Shown here piece after piece: positions 1 to 12,390 of a stretch of DNA of 64,000 nucleotides; the stretch's first letter is position 1, and every line of letters starts with the position of its first letter. This stretch comes from Nageia nagi (taxonomy: Eukaryota > Plantae > Pinophyta): positions 164,548,001-164,612,000 of the forward strand of contig JBITNC010000001.1 of the NCBI GenBank assembly GCA_050084985.1, given 5' to 3'. The position numbers were made by a program, and so were the translations under genes. The notes below the pieces were generated by a model. The model was not told where the DNA came from and did not search any database. It saw nothing but the letters and a program-made list of their open reading frames with translations.

Positions 1-1
1 C

Positions 2-365
2 CTTGTAGAAGCAAATATCCCCTTCAGGATCCATATTGTCAAGGACCATGACATGAAGGAGAGGATTTGTCTCGAGGCCGAAAGGTTGGGAGTTAGTGCT
101 GTTATTATGGGAAGCAAGGGGTTTGGGGCTTCGGCGGCTAGGAGGAGTTATAAGAGCAGGTTGGGGAGTGTTAGCGATTATTGTGTGCATCATTGTGTGT
201 GTCCTGTTGTGGTCGTGCGGTATCCGGATGATACAGACTCTGGTGGTGCCGAGACTCCCGCGCCGACACAGATTGATGTGCTCCATGAAGTTCCTGAAGA
301 AGAAGAGGAAATTGAGGATGAAGATGAAGATGAAGAGCAACATGTCGCTGAAGATGAAATAAAAG
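2..365 (+). CDS. Universal stress protein A-like (PHOS32/PHOS34-type), 5'-truncated exon
   Basis: Open frame from base 2: LVEANIPFRIHIVKDHDMKERICLEAERLGVSAVIMGSKGFG...RLGSVSDYCVHHCVCPVVVVRYP. This has the plant USP-A hallmarks HIVKDHDMKERxCLE, MGSxGxG and LGSVSDYCVHHCVCPVVVVR, then an acidic tail. The exon ends at a consensus donor AAAG|GTAAGT (GT at 366-367). Unspliced, the frame stops at TAA 371-373. Confidence 0.93.
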
Positions 366-1304
366 GTAAGTAAATTGTCAAGATTATTTGTATTAGTAGT
401 AGGACATTGTTGATGTGATTGGGTTTATTTAGGAGGAGTGGGAAATTACATGCTTAAGAAAATATCACTGCAAGGGGAGTCAAATTTTGGAGCTTGCTTT
501 TGTTTCCATAATGTTGAAACATGAATCTTGACTAAAAACGCAAAGCCTAGAGTCAAATCTGCCCCACAGTGTCCAGATCTTGACATTTAAATAATTGTAT
601 GTTTGAAGAAAACTGATAAGTAGGGGACAACTTAGTAGTTTGGTGTTCTAATTTTGGGGTTATAGTTTCAGGTCAACTAGCGTATATTGACATGTGGTTT
701 GACGATGTTTAGGTTTTCTTTTAGTAGTTTTTAGGATGATTTGCAATTTTGCATATGCATTTATATTATTATGTTTATGTTTTATATAAACTTAAATGTT
801 GTGTATGGTAGCAAACGTATTGTACATTCAGAAGCCATATGAAAATTCGTGAACTTGCCAGGGTGATTGGAAAGTTGGCAAGTTTCGTTCATGAACAAGT
901 AAGATATTTTTGTTGGAAACAATGTTTAAAATGTTGAGGTTTTGGGTCCAATCACATCAAATTCCATATCCACCACTGGACCCTGCACAAGCATTTGCCC
1001 CAACAAGATGTTTTTTTTTTGTCTTGTGAAAAATAGTGCTTGCAATTTGGAGAATACTAAACTGAAATATGAAAATGGTGTCACAACGTTTTCAAAATAA
1101 TTAGTAATTCAGTTCAATCGGAGATCGATTGCTTATGTAGTCTAGTAAATGTTTGGTAAAATAATTGTTTGATGTTTTCTACCTAAGTCTATCTTATAAG
1201 GGAGCCTGTAACCAATAGTCAAAGACAGATGGCTAATTAAATTAATGATGTTTTCAATATCAAAGATCAACATTAGACAATTGAGGAGAATCTAGAATAG
1301 TGTG

Positions 1305-1327
1305 TATATATATATATATATATATAT
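1305..1327. repeat. (TA)n microsatellite
   Basis: Direct TA run. Confidence 0.9.
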
Positions 1328-1328
1328 T

Positions 1329-1513
1329 GAATTTGACAACTTTTTACAAGAAAGAGAATTCTTGTCATATTAATTTTTAAGCGGCTGAAAAAAAACTTTT
1401 AGCCCCTCCTTTCATTTTTGCGAATTTGACAACTTTTTACAAGAAAGAGAATTCTTGTCATATTAATTTTTAAACGGCTTAAAAAAACTTTTAGCCTCAC
1501 CTTTCATTTGTGC
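1329..1513 (+). repeat. Tandem duplication, ~93-bp unit x2
   Basis: gaatttgacaactttttacaagaaagagaattcttgtcatattaatttttaa... starts at both 1329 and 1422. Confidence 0.9.
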
Positions 1514-2884
1514 TTGTGATTTACTTAACTGCCCCTGCTATTTTTAGGGAAAATATTCAATATTCTATTTTTCCTGTATTTCAAATGGTTTCATAAAATG
1601 AATCACCAGTGTCATGAAATTAGGGTCTGCAATTTCTTTAACCTCTATAATTATACATATAGCACAATTATTTTTACTTTCACACTTTCTGATTTTTCAT
1701 TGACTGATCTTCAAGCAGCATGTGACTTATTACTCTCAAACACATGACGAATTGCTGCTGTTTTTACAATTTTTTTTTTCTATCATTTCTCAATTTCAGA
1801 TCATGGTCAATATGTTCTTCTATTTTCATGAAGAAATTCTATATAAATTTCGTGAATGTACTTTATACAAATAAACAAAATTACTTTGGTAAGAGTATTC
1901 AATCTATTTAGTGTCCATTGTTAGTATTCTTTTTCTTTTGTTTATTCTTTCTAATTATTTCACAACATTGTATTCAAAGAAGTCATCATGTTATGATGTC
2001 AGTTGATTGAATATTGAAATTTCCAATGTTTAGATTGGTATGGGTGTTTACTGCAGTTGGGAGTTTGTTGGCTGTGTTATGAATGGGACACCTATTGTTT
2101 TTTGCAGTAGCTTTTGGGATATTTTTCTTCCGGAAGTTTATTGTGGAATTAGGTTCATACCAGAGAAGTAACATGATGGGGCCCTTTAAAATGTTTTGAA
2201 AATGATGATAATGGGAACACATAGCATGTATATTTGGTTATCACACAGGAGCATGACTACCTATCTACCCTATGGTTCTCAAATCAGGAGATTTGTATAA
2301 ATAATGAAGCCCATCAGCATGAATGCTCATCAAACCGTGCATGGAAACTCGGATTCATTCTTAGGGCATGTTTGGTGTTGGTTATTGTTGATAGGAGAAG
2401 TGTGACATGTCTAATATTGCACCCTGGAGATGCAGAAATCTCCGAACAAGGCATTCCATTGAAAGGGTAATCAGTGTGGGACCTGTACACCTGATTACCC
2501 AGTCTCCAGAGAAAGTTCCTTGTGCTGTAAGCAAATGGTGTAGAGGTCAAAAGCATATATATATATAGGGTTAAGAGTTTTTAGCGCTGAAGCCTGCAAA
2601 CAAGTTCACAGCTATGGCTGGACTAACAGGAACAGGAGAAAACCTCACCTTTCATTCAGGGGGCAACCACACGCACACTAACAGCCTGAAATGAAAGATA
2701 AAACAGACCAACATCCATGAATCAATAATTAAATACCTAACAACCTCATCAAAATGGCGGGCAAATAGTATTTTCATTGATCAAAATGAGAACCCGAGGG
2801 CAAACATGCAAATATGATCAACCTTTTTTTACATCTCTGTTATTACCTTTTTATAAGCTGCATATTGCTAGCTCTTATGGACCC

Positions 2885-4116
2885 TAAAATATCTAAGACA
2901 AGTACTACAAGGATATTTACAAAGATACATATACATGCTCTGTATCTGATCAGATCCAAGATTTCATTGGCGTTCGAGGCTTAGACATTCTTCTGCATTG
3001 GCCGCCTTCCACAAATAGGTCTGTTGCCTTCAGGTTTCCTTTTAATCTCTGCTAGATGTTCATGACATTTCCATTTGTGGAAAACCAACCCTTTGGGTTG
3101 CTTGTGACGTTGTAACTTCTCATAATCTGATTCTGATCTCGATTTGCCTTTGAAAAAATTTGGGCGGTAAACCGTGAAGGCCATGCTTTATCAATATTTG
3201 AATCTTGATGGCATTCTGAGGAGCGGTATTTCATTGTTTAACTTTGATCATTTACCGCTGAGCTTTCCTGATCATTGGAATCTGGTGGTTTTTGCTATCG
3301 GATGATTTTACTGCTAGGCATGATTTAGCGTTGGTCTACTTTTGATGGATCACGGAATTCGGCTGGTTTTTACCGCTACCTATTCAACATGTACTTTGGA
3401 AGTGGCGGCATTTTTATGTGCCAGTAACCATTTTACCACTCAGTTTTTACCGCCATCTTCCTTTACCGCCAGTTTTGACTCTACCTTAGACGCTTGCTTA
3501 CAACTCAGCCGGAAAGGTGAAGACATTTACTGCCAAGTCTGTTCTTCAACGGTTTTTACAACAGAAGAAACATTTACAATCTCTAAGCATAAACCACTAG
3601 AGTAAATACTTAGCAAAGAACTTATACTAATATATTTACAGGGCAAAGAACTAAGACCATTGTTAAATTGAATCTCAAGAACAAGCATCAAGAAGAAAAC
3701 CTGTCTTGGAGCTTAAACAATAATAATATTTGAAAGAATTATCTCAGGGCTTGCACCAAAAATGAACTTAAAACAAAGAAGAGCACAAGGAAAAGGAACT
3801 TTCCTTGATGTTAACAATTGGGTGGGCTCAATATGGGGCTCCGTATTCATGCTAACTAGGGATCTAGGGCAATAGGTGCATTAATGTGGAGAAGACACTG
3901 CGTATTAAAACATTGGAACCTTCGTAAACCTTATGGAAGTCAGATGGAAACTCCATATATGTGTATTGTTGAAAAGGATATAGTTTAAGCTGGAAATATC
4001 ACTCAGAGCACATAGCGTTTTTATCTGGTTTTCCTTCTTCAAAGGCACATTGCTGTAAGATGCGTTTTATTAGTACTCTTTAATTATTTCGTATAGAAGA
4101 ATACCCAAACTTTTCA
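2885..4116 (+). mobile_element. Probable solo LTR (~1.2 kb)
   Basis: Ends ...cccaaacttttCA. The start taaaa would be tgaaa with a G>A change, inverted to tttca. Internal ttttaccgc-type repeats at 3250-3540 and a TATA-like sequence at ~3630. Flanks gaccc/gtcct match only 3/5. Confidence 0.4.
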
Positions 4117-5969
4117 GTCCTGCTTTATTATAAGTTATAACTATCTCCATTTAGATGTTGCAATTTCTGGATTTCTAATGTGGCAGTTGATTGACATCAA
4201 ATTGCAGTCAACAATGAATGATTGTGAATTCATAAAGCTGTTGGTCATAGGCTACCTTGTTAAATATAGGGTCCAATGCTGCAGTCTCCAATAGAGACAC
4301 TTGGACCTTTTAACATTGTCAATTCTGCACCTTATCCCATCAACATGTTGGATACATGGCATTTGATTTGATCCTTGATTCAGTAGAATGATGGTCCTCA
4401 TTGTATTGGTTGTTGGTAACTTGGTATATGAGACAATCATAATCATTATGATCTATGTTTTTTATCCTCAGTTGGCACTGCAGAGGAAACGTTCGAGGGG
4501 TTACTAGGGTTCCCGAAGTTTCATGGAAGCTTATCAGGCAACCACTCCTTTCATTCCTCCCCTTACGACGAGGACACTCGTCCATTATGATTGCCCTTCA
4601 GGACGAGTGCTGGGTAATTAGGTCGTTAGCCCATATCCGAGGATCTCACCCGGTGAAAAGCCTTTAGGAGCACAACCATGTTCATCGCACATATAGGCGC
4701 ATTGGGATTGTGTCTTATGGGGACATATGCCACATCGGAGTGGCTATGTTGGTATGTTTTTCTTTCCTTCCAAAACATCCTTAAAACTCGAAGGAAACAT
4801 TGTTACTTGTTTCCGCTTGAAAGAACTGTGTACCCCAAGCACTCACATTGAATATGGACCCATGCACAATGGTCAGAGATGCATACTGTTCAACCGTATG
4901 CAATCGAGACTCAACGAATGACTCTTTTTATGAGTTATAAGCTAAAAAGCAAGGAAAGATCACAAATGTGAATGAAAATGAAGAAAGATGACAAATGTGA
5001 GGATAAATGCATAGGAATGAGAAAATAAGCACATGAAGCTTTCACCAATGATGAGTGTCTCGACAGGTCATCCCTGGACTCCTTAAGAAATCTGTATTCA
5101 CGTATGAAGCCTAGCAGCAAATAGCAAAGCTCAAGTTGCTACTAGACGAGAGTTGGAAGCTGTTGGATCTATGTATGATGGAAGACTCTATGGAAATGAA
5201 GATGAAGGGAAATGACCACATGTGAATACATATTCTAACTGAATGACATAGAGATAAGCTTTTTGCCTCAAAATACATACACTTATGTGCAAACCATGCA
5301 ATGAATAATTTAAACCACTTCACAAAATATTCAACTTTTTCCTCTTAAAACTCTTAGTTTTCAAAGAGAATGCACTTAAGCAGCAAAAACTATTCAAACT
5401 AGCAAGAAATTCTTATAAGATAATATTCATGATCCCACTAATGAAAGATTCACAACAATCTTCAAAGCACTATTCCAAAAAGAAATCCACTTAGCAAAAT
5501 ATTTTCAACAGCATAGCATGAGCATTCCTTTCTTTCAATAGCAAAAGTCCCTTTCTAAATGATCGAAATGGGATATATGTAGATCACAAAAGTGGTTGCA
5601 ATAAATGCAGTGTTGCCCTAAAGGCATAAAATCGGATATGGTATGCTCATATGCAACAAACATATCTATGGAAGTGGCATTTAAAATAGACAAAATATAA
5701 ATGCCACAACCACAAAACATCTAATCTATCTCTAACAAATGCATAATAAAATCAGTTATGCAATGAAGTTTGACATTTGAACCAACGGGAGCAAAACCTC
5801 ATCCTTGCACCGGTCATATCAATAAATGAAATCTCACAAATTTGATTCGGCGGAAGCAAAAACTTATCCTTGGACGAGTCAAATCAAGTAAATGTAATTG
5901 AGAACCATAACAATATGCACTTAAAAACTGAAAAGACTGTTGCAGATAGAATCTGCAAGCAAATAAAAT

Positions 5970-8459
5970 CTAAGGCAAATTTGATTCAGCACCTGCGGAG
6001 TTCCACTCTTTGTCGGTGAGATCGTATGATTCCATGGTTTCTTCCAAGAAAGCCAAGGTCTTCCGTACTCCCCTAGAGAGCATGCCTACGATGCTACCAT
6101 TTTGTCTGTAAAACCCTTCGATTTGTTGGGATGTAGCTTGCATCTGAAATCTCTAGATGACCATCTGCCTCTCATGATGAATGGGCTTGCTTGCTTTTAG
6201 AAGATTGAGATCCTTAACCTCAAGATGTTCCTGAATCAGATTTTGTGCCTTTGTCGAGATTGATACATGTACTGGGACATCTGTTCTTCCACGTCCTTTT
6301 TCAGGGGCACCTTGGCCTTAAGCACTGCTTGGCGTTTGTCCAAGGTGTGCTTCAGCCAGTCGTGTTGGTACATAAACTCATGGCAGTAGACCAACTTTTC
6401 AGGCCTATTAACAAATATCCTTTGTACATTGGTAACAATGGGGAGATGACCATCTAACTGTTCGAGGAGGGAGGAGATTTGAGTTTTCAACTCTCTTAGC
6501 TCAACTCCTTCCTTGATAAGGCCATAAATTTGAGAAGCAAGCTTCTTAATGGTCTCCATCTCGTTCTTCAGGGAATTTTTCATTAACTCCCAACCTACAT
6601 GAAATGACGCGTGTCTTTTAATTTCAACAGGGATCATACTCACAGCCTGAAATTCTTTTATCATCTTTTTGTAGGCGGTGAGCTCCTTTTTCAACCTTCT
6701 TACCTCCTGTTTGGCTTCGTAGTCCTCTTGCTGCATTATTGTTGCATTCTGTGTAACTATATGCTTTCTTGCTGATAGCCCTAGCTTAGCGGGCATCTTG
6801 AAAGTGTCAATTAGACAATCTTTGGGTCCCTTAGGGTGCTTCTCGTTAGAGTAGTAATGGTTGATAGAGATCTCCTTCCTATTTGTGGAAACATAGGTAT
6901 CCACTCTTATCACTTTGTCACCATCGGAGAGCTCTTCTTCTTCATCTTCGGACCTCAAATCAAGATCAATATCCTCATCATGAGCTGTGCCCATGTTCAA
7001 AGCTCTTAGGCAGGCGTCCAAGTCAAGCTCGGGGTGTTCAGTGGCTGGTTTAGGAGGGAGCTTTTGTACCAACATTATGCATTTGCTCAACTTCTTGCTG
7101 ACTTCTCTTGTAGGAGTAGTTTGTATGATTGTAATTTGTTTGCCTTGGTGCTCGTCCTGCTTCCTCTTCATCTTTTGTTCTTTTGTCTCACCTTGATCTT
7201 CTTTGTCTCCACCACCTACTCCTAATGATAGAACTTTTTTGTGGGGTTGAGGAGATCTCTCGTGGCTAGTTCTCTTAGATGAGGTCTTATGGGAAGATGG
7301 GGGTGACTTCTTTCGGTGGTCTGCAGGAGGAATCCTAGATATGCCCACCTCTTTGGCGCACTTTACTTCAACAATTTGGACATCTTCATCAAATTTTTCT
7401 ACATCAACAAATAAATCATCATTTGGGACAATATCATACTCTGTATCATTAGGTGCAGAAGCAGCTATGGCTACATTCTATTTTTGAATGAGGTGCGACT
7501 CATCATCATGGGGGTTAGACTCAACATCATCATCATAACTCTCCTCTCCATCATCATTTTCCTCGTCATGGCTCTCTTCATCATGGGAGCTTTCTTCATG
7601 ACGAGATCCTGACTCTTCAAGATCTTCATCTAAGGAAGAAGAGGAGGAACTAGAACTAGGTTGTAGTGGGGGAACCTTCTCTCTGCATCTTTGAAGGTGT
7701 GAGGATTTGTGTGGAGTGGTTCTTAATGGGAGCCTTCTTCATCACGGGAGCCTAACTCTTCAAGATCATCTTCTTCATCTAAGGAAGAAGAGGAGGAACT
7801 ACAACTAGGTTATAGTGGGGGAACCTTCTCTCTGCATCCTTGAAGGCGTGAGGATCTATGTGGACATAAGGGGAATCATCGACACAACTACTCTTGGGGT
7901 AGACAACCACTTGTACTAGAATGCTCAAAGGGACATTCACATAGCCAACATCCCTAAGATCAACCACCTACTGACTTATCTTGACTACATTAGCCTTTGC
8001 CTTGCGTTTGTTGGAACCCATTGAAGCATGTTGGCCAATGGTTCCTTGTCTTTTGCCGAAGGGAAGCAAGGGAGACTTCTTAGATGGAAGAGTTGGATTG
8101 CTGGTAGGAGGGGACATTCTGATCCTAAGTGATACCTCTTTAGGTCTCTCTTTCACATTTCTGGTCCCTTGATGTGCAGGCTGAGTTGTTTTGCTTCCAG
8201 TCTTGAGAGGAACCTTGTTTTTGCTCAAAAGAGCATCAATTTTCTTCTCATCCCTCAAGTTTCTGTAGTTCTCTACATTTCCCAAAGATTTGTGTTTGAA
8301 TGCTGTGGGTTCAGGGACCTCTAGTTTTTCTCTCTCTTGAAATTCAATCTGACTGTCTTTGAGGAGCCTGTCCATCTACTCTTCTGTTACATGTCTTTCA
8401 AACAGTTGTTTCTAAAGCTTCTTAGACTTAGATGAGGTAGACCTTGTCCTAGAACTCAT
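5970..8459 (-). pseudogene. LTR-borne accessory ORF of E1 (~830 codons, disrupted; largest open piece 6236-7348, 370 aa)
   Basis: ATG at 8459 (MSSRTRSTSSKSKK). Segments: basic 7968-8375, Ser/Asp/Glu-rich 7350-7960, coiled-coil-like 6236-7348 (EAKQEVRRLKKELTAYKK), and a C-terminal piece to TAG at 5970. No gag, RT, RNase H or integrase motifs seen. Confidence 0.6.
7610..7864. repeat. ~143-bp internal duplication in the E1 ORF
   Basis: ctcttcaagatc...aaggaagaagaggaggaacta...gtgggggaaccttctctctgcatc occurs at ~7613 and ~7756. Confidence 0.85.
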
Positions 8460-8917
8460 CTTTGAATTAATGTATATTCTGAAAGTATGACATATGGACA
8501 AGAAAAAGGTCTGAATTCTGGCAAAAATGACTAAGAAAAGATAAGATGATGCTAGGTGCACTATTTTGGATGTGTCTTGAGGCAATGGGGATTACCCAGA
8601 CGTACAGGCTATAGCAAGTGAAATGTTTTGCAAAAATGGACTAAAGACCCCTTTTTATAGAGGCTGCATGGAGTGTGAATGCTTGGTGCACTGCATAGGT
8701 GCCACCTGTCTGCTTGGTATTTCACTCCTGCCTCCTTGATACTTAGTCAAATTTAGGTTAGTTTTTTTGGATTGTACTGATTGGGAAAGGTGCTTTTTCA
8801 CTGTCTAGAAATCATGTGCTTGGATACCTACTAGAGGAATACATCACTTAGTCAATTATACCCTTGCTTGGACAAGAGAAATTTCACTTTGAATGGCAAG
8901 ATCATCACTCCACATTA

Positions 8918-10390
8918 GGGCGCACCAATTTAGATGAGTCCCTTTTCACTACACAAAAACTTTGCACTTCAAATTTTACCAATTGGGGTAGGTCATGCAA
9001 AAAGAATGAAGTAATTTTCAATAAATGCCTTTTTTTATCACGCTTACTCTCTTCTTAAAAAATGGGCTCAAAATGATGTCAAATGTCTTCAAAAACCTTT
9101 ATTCCTTCTGGGTGCACCATTTATGGGTAGTCCTTTTGCAATGTTTGGAAATGGTGCAACTTGGAAGTCTTAGACAAAATGAAGTGAAGTAATAAAATGC
9201 AAGGGGTGATTTTCTATTTATAGATTTGGACCCTGCCACATGTCACCTTTTGGTTGGCCAAAAATAAGGTCCAATACATGTGCTAAAATATGGGGGGCGC
9301 ACCTTTTAGGATGAGTGCCTTTTCACTTCTCAAAATCCATGCACGTAAGCTTTTTAGTGTCTCAAGACTTAGCCAAATTTCCTTTTAAAATGGATCCTTT
9401 GATCTTGGTCGCTCCATTTTTAATGAGTGCTTTTGCACTTCCCCAAATCCTTGCGCTTGGGGTCAAAACATCACTTACAAAATTACAACATGCATCATGC
9501 TTCCAAAATCTAGGCGCACTAAAAAAGATGAGTTCTTTTCCACTCCTTGGAAAACATGAGCCTGGTCCAAGGTGCAAGATTTATACTTAGACCAAAAAAC
9601 ACTTGGTCCTATATCTGCACGTTATATAGGCTCGCACACCAAAATGGATGGGTGCTTTTTCACTCCTTGAAAAGCATGCGCACAACTTTCATGGCGCCTT
9701 AAATGATGCAAAATGAGTGAATTTTAGAAAAAATAACTTAAAAAATGTCTTTCAGGATGAGGTGCATCAATTTCAAGTAATGCCTCTCTCTAATGCATGT
9801 AAAATCGAACACAAAATAGAGCAATTTGGCCAAAATGCATACAAAATGAAGTTCATCCCCTTTTTATAGCTTGCGCTCCCACATGGACAAGTGTCACATG
9901 TTAATAGGTGCAAATGAAGGCCCAATGCATGATAATACACCTGTCTAGCTCATAGTGGACGTTCCAGAATTTTGACACTTAGTCAATTTTTATGCCCTTG
10001 AAGGGTGGACGCATCATTTTGGGAGAGTGCTTTTGCATTCACCAAAATCCATGTGCTCAAGCCTTTCTTCCACAAAAGCCACAAAAATGCTAAGTGTTGG
10101 GAATGCTCCATTCCCTTGGGTGCACCTTTTCAAGATGGTGCTTTTTCACTATACCAAATCCATGCACCCAAGTCCAAAGCTTGCAAAAATCCTTCAAAAA
10201 TGACCAGAATGATCTCAGAATGATATGCAAAGAGGAGAATGCCATGTTTTCGACGATGGGGAGCAAACTAGATATGAAAAATGCAGATTTAAATGCAAAA
10301 ATGCAGGAGTTAACCATGATGAGTGCCATGTAAGGCTGTGTGCACCATTTTTGGTGAGTGCAAAAGTGCTCACTCAAAAACATGCGCCTA
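8918..10390. repeat. Interspersed repeat array in the U3 of E1 (GCGCACCAwTTT..GATGrGTGCTTTTyCACT), about 9-10 copies
   Basis: Copies near 8918, 9111, 9297, 9408, 9513, 9633, 10008, 10118 and 10339, with variable spacers. Confidence 0.7.
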
Positions 10391-10501
10391 GGAGAAAAAG
10401 ATGGTTTTACATTTGTTTTCATCAGAATATGCAGATTTGTTGTATGACGGTCCTTGAAAATGCAAAATTTTTGGGGGGTGTTGTGTAGGCCAAACAGGTC
10501 C

Positions 10502-11103
10502 TATGAAATTACTAATAACTATGCACAAAGGTGAATTTTTTTGATGGATTGCCTTGCTACCTAAACTATTCTTTCACAAAACAGAAATGAAAGAACATAC
10601 AATGCAAACAAAGCAGCCTTCATGAGAAAAATTACACAACACAGAAATGGGACACAATTCAAAAAATATGTTCCTTTTATACAGTTCTCAAAACCCATAT
10701 TACAATGCCCAAGAATTGACCTTTAACTTGTCAACTCTTTGCTGCCAATTTTGCATTCATAATATTTAAAATGAAAAAGTACACTATGCAGGACGGACTT
10801 ATTAATACTTGGGTGACTCTTGGGCTGCTTGACCCTCTGCTTTCCATTTTCTTCTAATTGTTCCATGCTGCAAGTAACTGTTGGTCTTCCTTGTGGCTTT
10901 TGGCCTTCCCATGTGCATATTTGCCTCCTGAATGTCTTTAGGCCTTCTGCTTGATGATTGTGTGGCTCTCTAATGATGTTTGTTCTTCCAAGTGACTATT
11001 GGCTTTCTGGTGCCCATGTGGCCCTTTGTATTTCTAGTGATGTTGACCTGCCCAAATGACTGTTCATCCTCTCTGGTCATCAATTTTCTATTAGAGTCTC
11101 ACA
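10502..11103 (-). mobile_element. Possible small LTR remnant next to E1
   Basis: The minus strand starts TGTGAGAC at 11103, has a purine-rich U3-like segment, a TATAAAAGG at ~10673-10681 and a T-rich downstream segment. No TSD found. Confidence 0.3.
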
Positions 11104-11972
11104 AAGCGATGGGATTGATAGGGGTGTAGACCCACAGGCCATGCTTTGCTATGGGCTTGGGGATCTACCAGCCATTGGCTTTGCATTCAAATTTATCCAC
11201 ATGCTGGTCCTAGGCTTTGGCGAAGCTTCAAGTTAGTCAATCCTTGATTTTTATCCCCCTTTGTTGCATTATAGAGCTGGTCCATTCTCATAATCTGAAG
11301 ATTATGAGACTGCAAATTGGAAACTATTTGGAGTACAGAAGTTGCATGTTGAAGCTATAATGCATTTTGGTGAGCTTAATGAGTTGCCCTTCTAACTTGT
11401 TGATCTATGCAAATTCACTTAGTCAACAGTATGCCTCACTACTATTTGAGGTGTTACCTCTCAACTTACTTCATAACGATCTAACAAAAGCTTGGTTCTA
11501 AGGGTTGATTTCCTTTTGTAAACTATTTAAGACCTTCCAATGATGAGTGTGTGGTACTGATTTATTTTCTTAATATTGTTTCTTATACATATCAACATAT
11601 GCCAAGATACTATTAGGCCTAAGGGTCATGATGCTTGGCAATGCTGCCTTCTACAACACTAATCAAGCCTTGAGAAAGCCACGGATCTATAGTGAATGGG
11701 GCGATCCAAAGTTCCAAAACAAGAGGAGAGTCAGCTGTTCTAAAGATTTGATGATCTAATGTAGGACCAAGGCATATTTTGCTTTTTGTTCCCTCTTCCC
11801 TTCAAAAAGATCTGGTGATGTGATATGGCAGTGTTTTATGATTGCTACCACTGAAATATACACTCAGTCAACATTACCATCATGTGCAAAGCCTCCAGTT
11901 TCTTAATTCAAGGTTAAATATTAAGGCACGTAGTCACACCCATATAAACCATATTTGAACTCGGTGCCCCAT

Positions 11973-12390
11973 GAACGTGGATACATCTCACAATATTAAA
12001 ATTATTGCTTTCCGTTATTGTGTATACTTTGAATACAGATTCCTGTTTATAAATCTCTTGTTGAAACTAATGAAAACACCTGTGCATTTGAGCTATCAAG
12101 TTTCAGCAGATCCTATTTTGTGGCAACTCAAATTACTTATGCTTTTGATTGTATAACCCTTACAAATCAGATTCTGGAATGTAGGACACATCACCAAATA
12201 TTGAAATTATAGCTTGCAGTTACCTACCTGGGCCTTTATTACCTCATAGGTACTTTGAACATGATTGACACAATTTAGCATGTATTCCTGTTGATAAATC
12301 CCTTGCTAGAGACTTTCATATCTAGAACCTCTGTATTTGAGCTATCAAATTTCAGGAGATCCTGTTTTTTAGTTACTCAATTACTTATTT
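11973..12390 (+). repeat. Old diverged tandem duplication (~200-245-bp period)
   Basis: ttcctgtt-ataaatc...atttgagctatcaa-tttcag-agatcct occurs at ~12040-12140 and ~12285-12390. Confidence 0.65.

Larger units (their letters stand above)
4398..10496 (-). mobile_element. Giant LTR E1 (~6.1 kb, Ty3/Gypsy non-chromovirus-like), solo; boundaries approximate
   Basis: Shares blocks with E2 and E3: a 5' TGTT...CAACACnCCCCAAAAT start, TGAGGwTTTGCTCCC (5787-5801) and GAAACTTyGGG near the 3' end (~4512-4522). GGTCC flanks both sides (4393-4397 and 10497-10501), although the left end is not a clean TG; an alternative end is TGTTG at 4411. Contains a repeat array and a long ORF. Confidence 0.65.

Noticed and set aside
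96-381. ORFs 96-362 (+) and 190-381 (-)
   Set aside because: Shadow frames of the USP exon.
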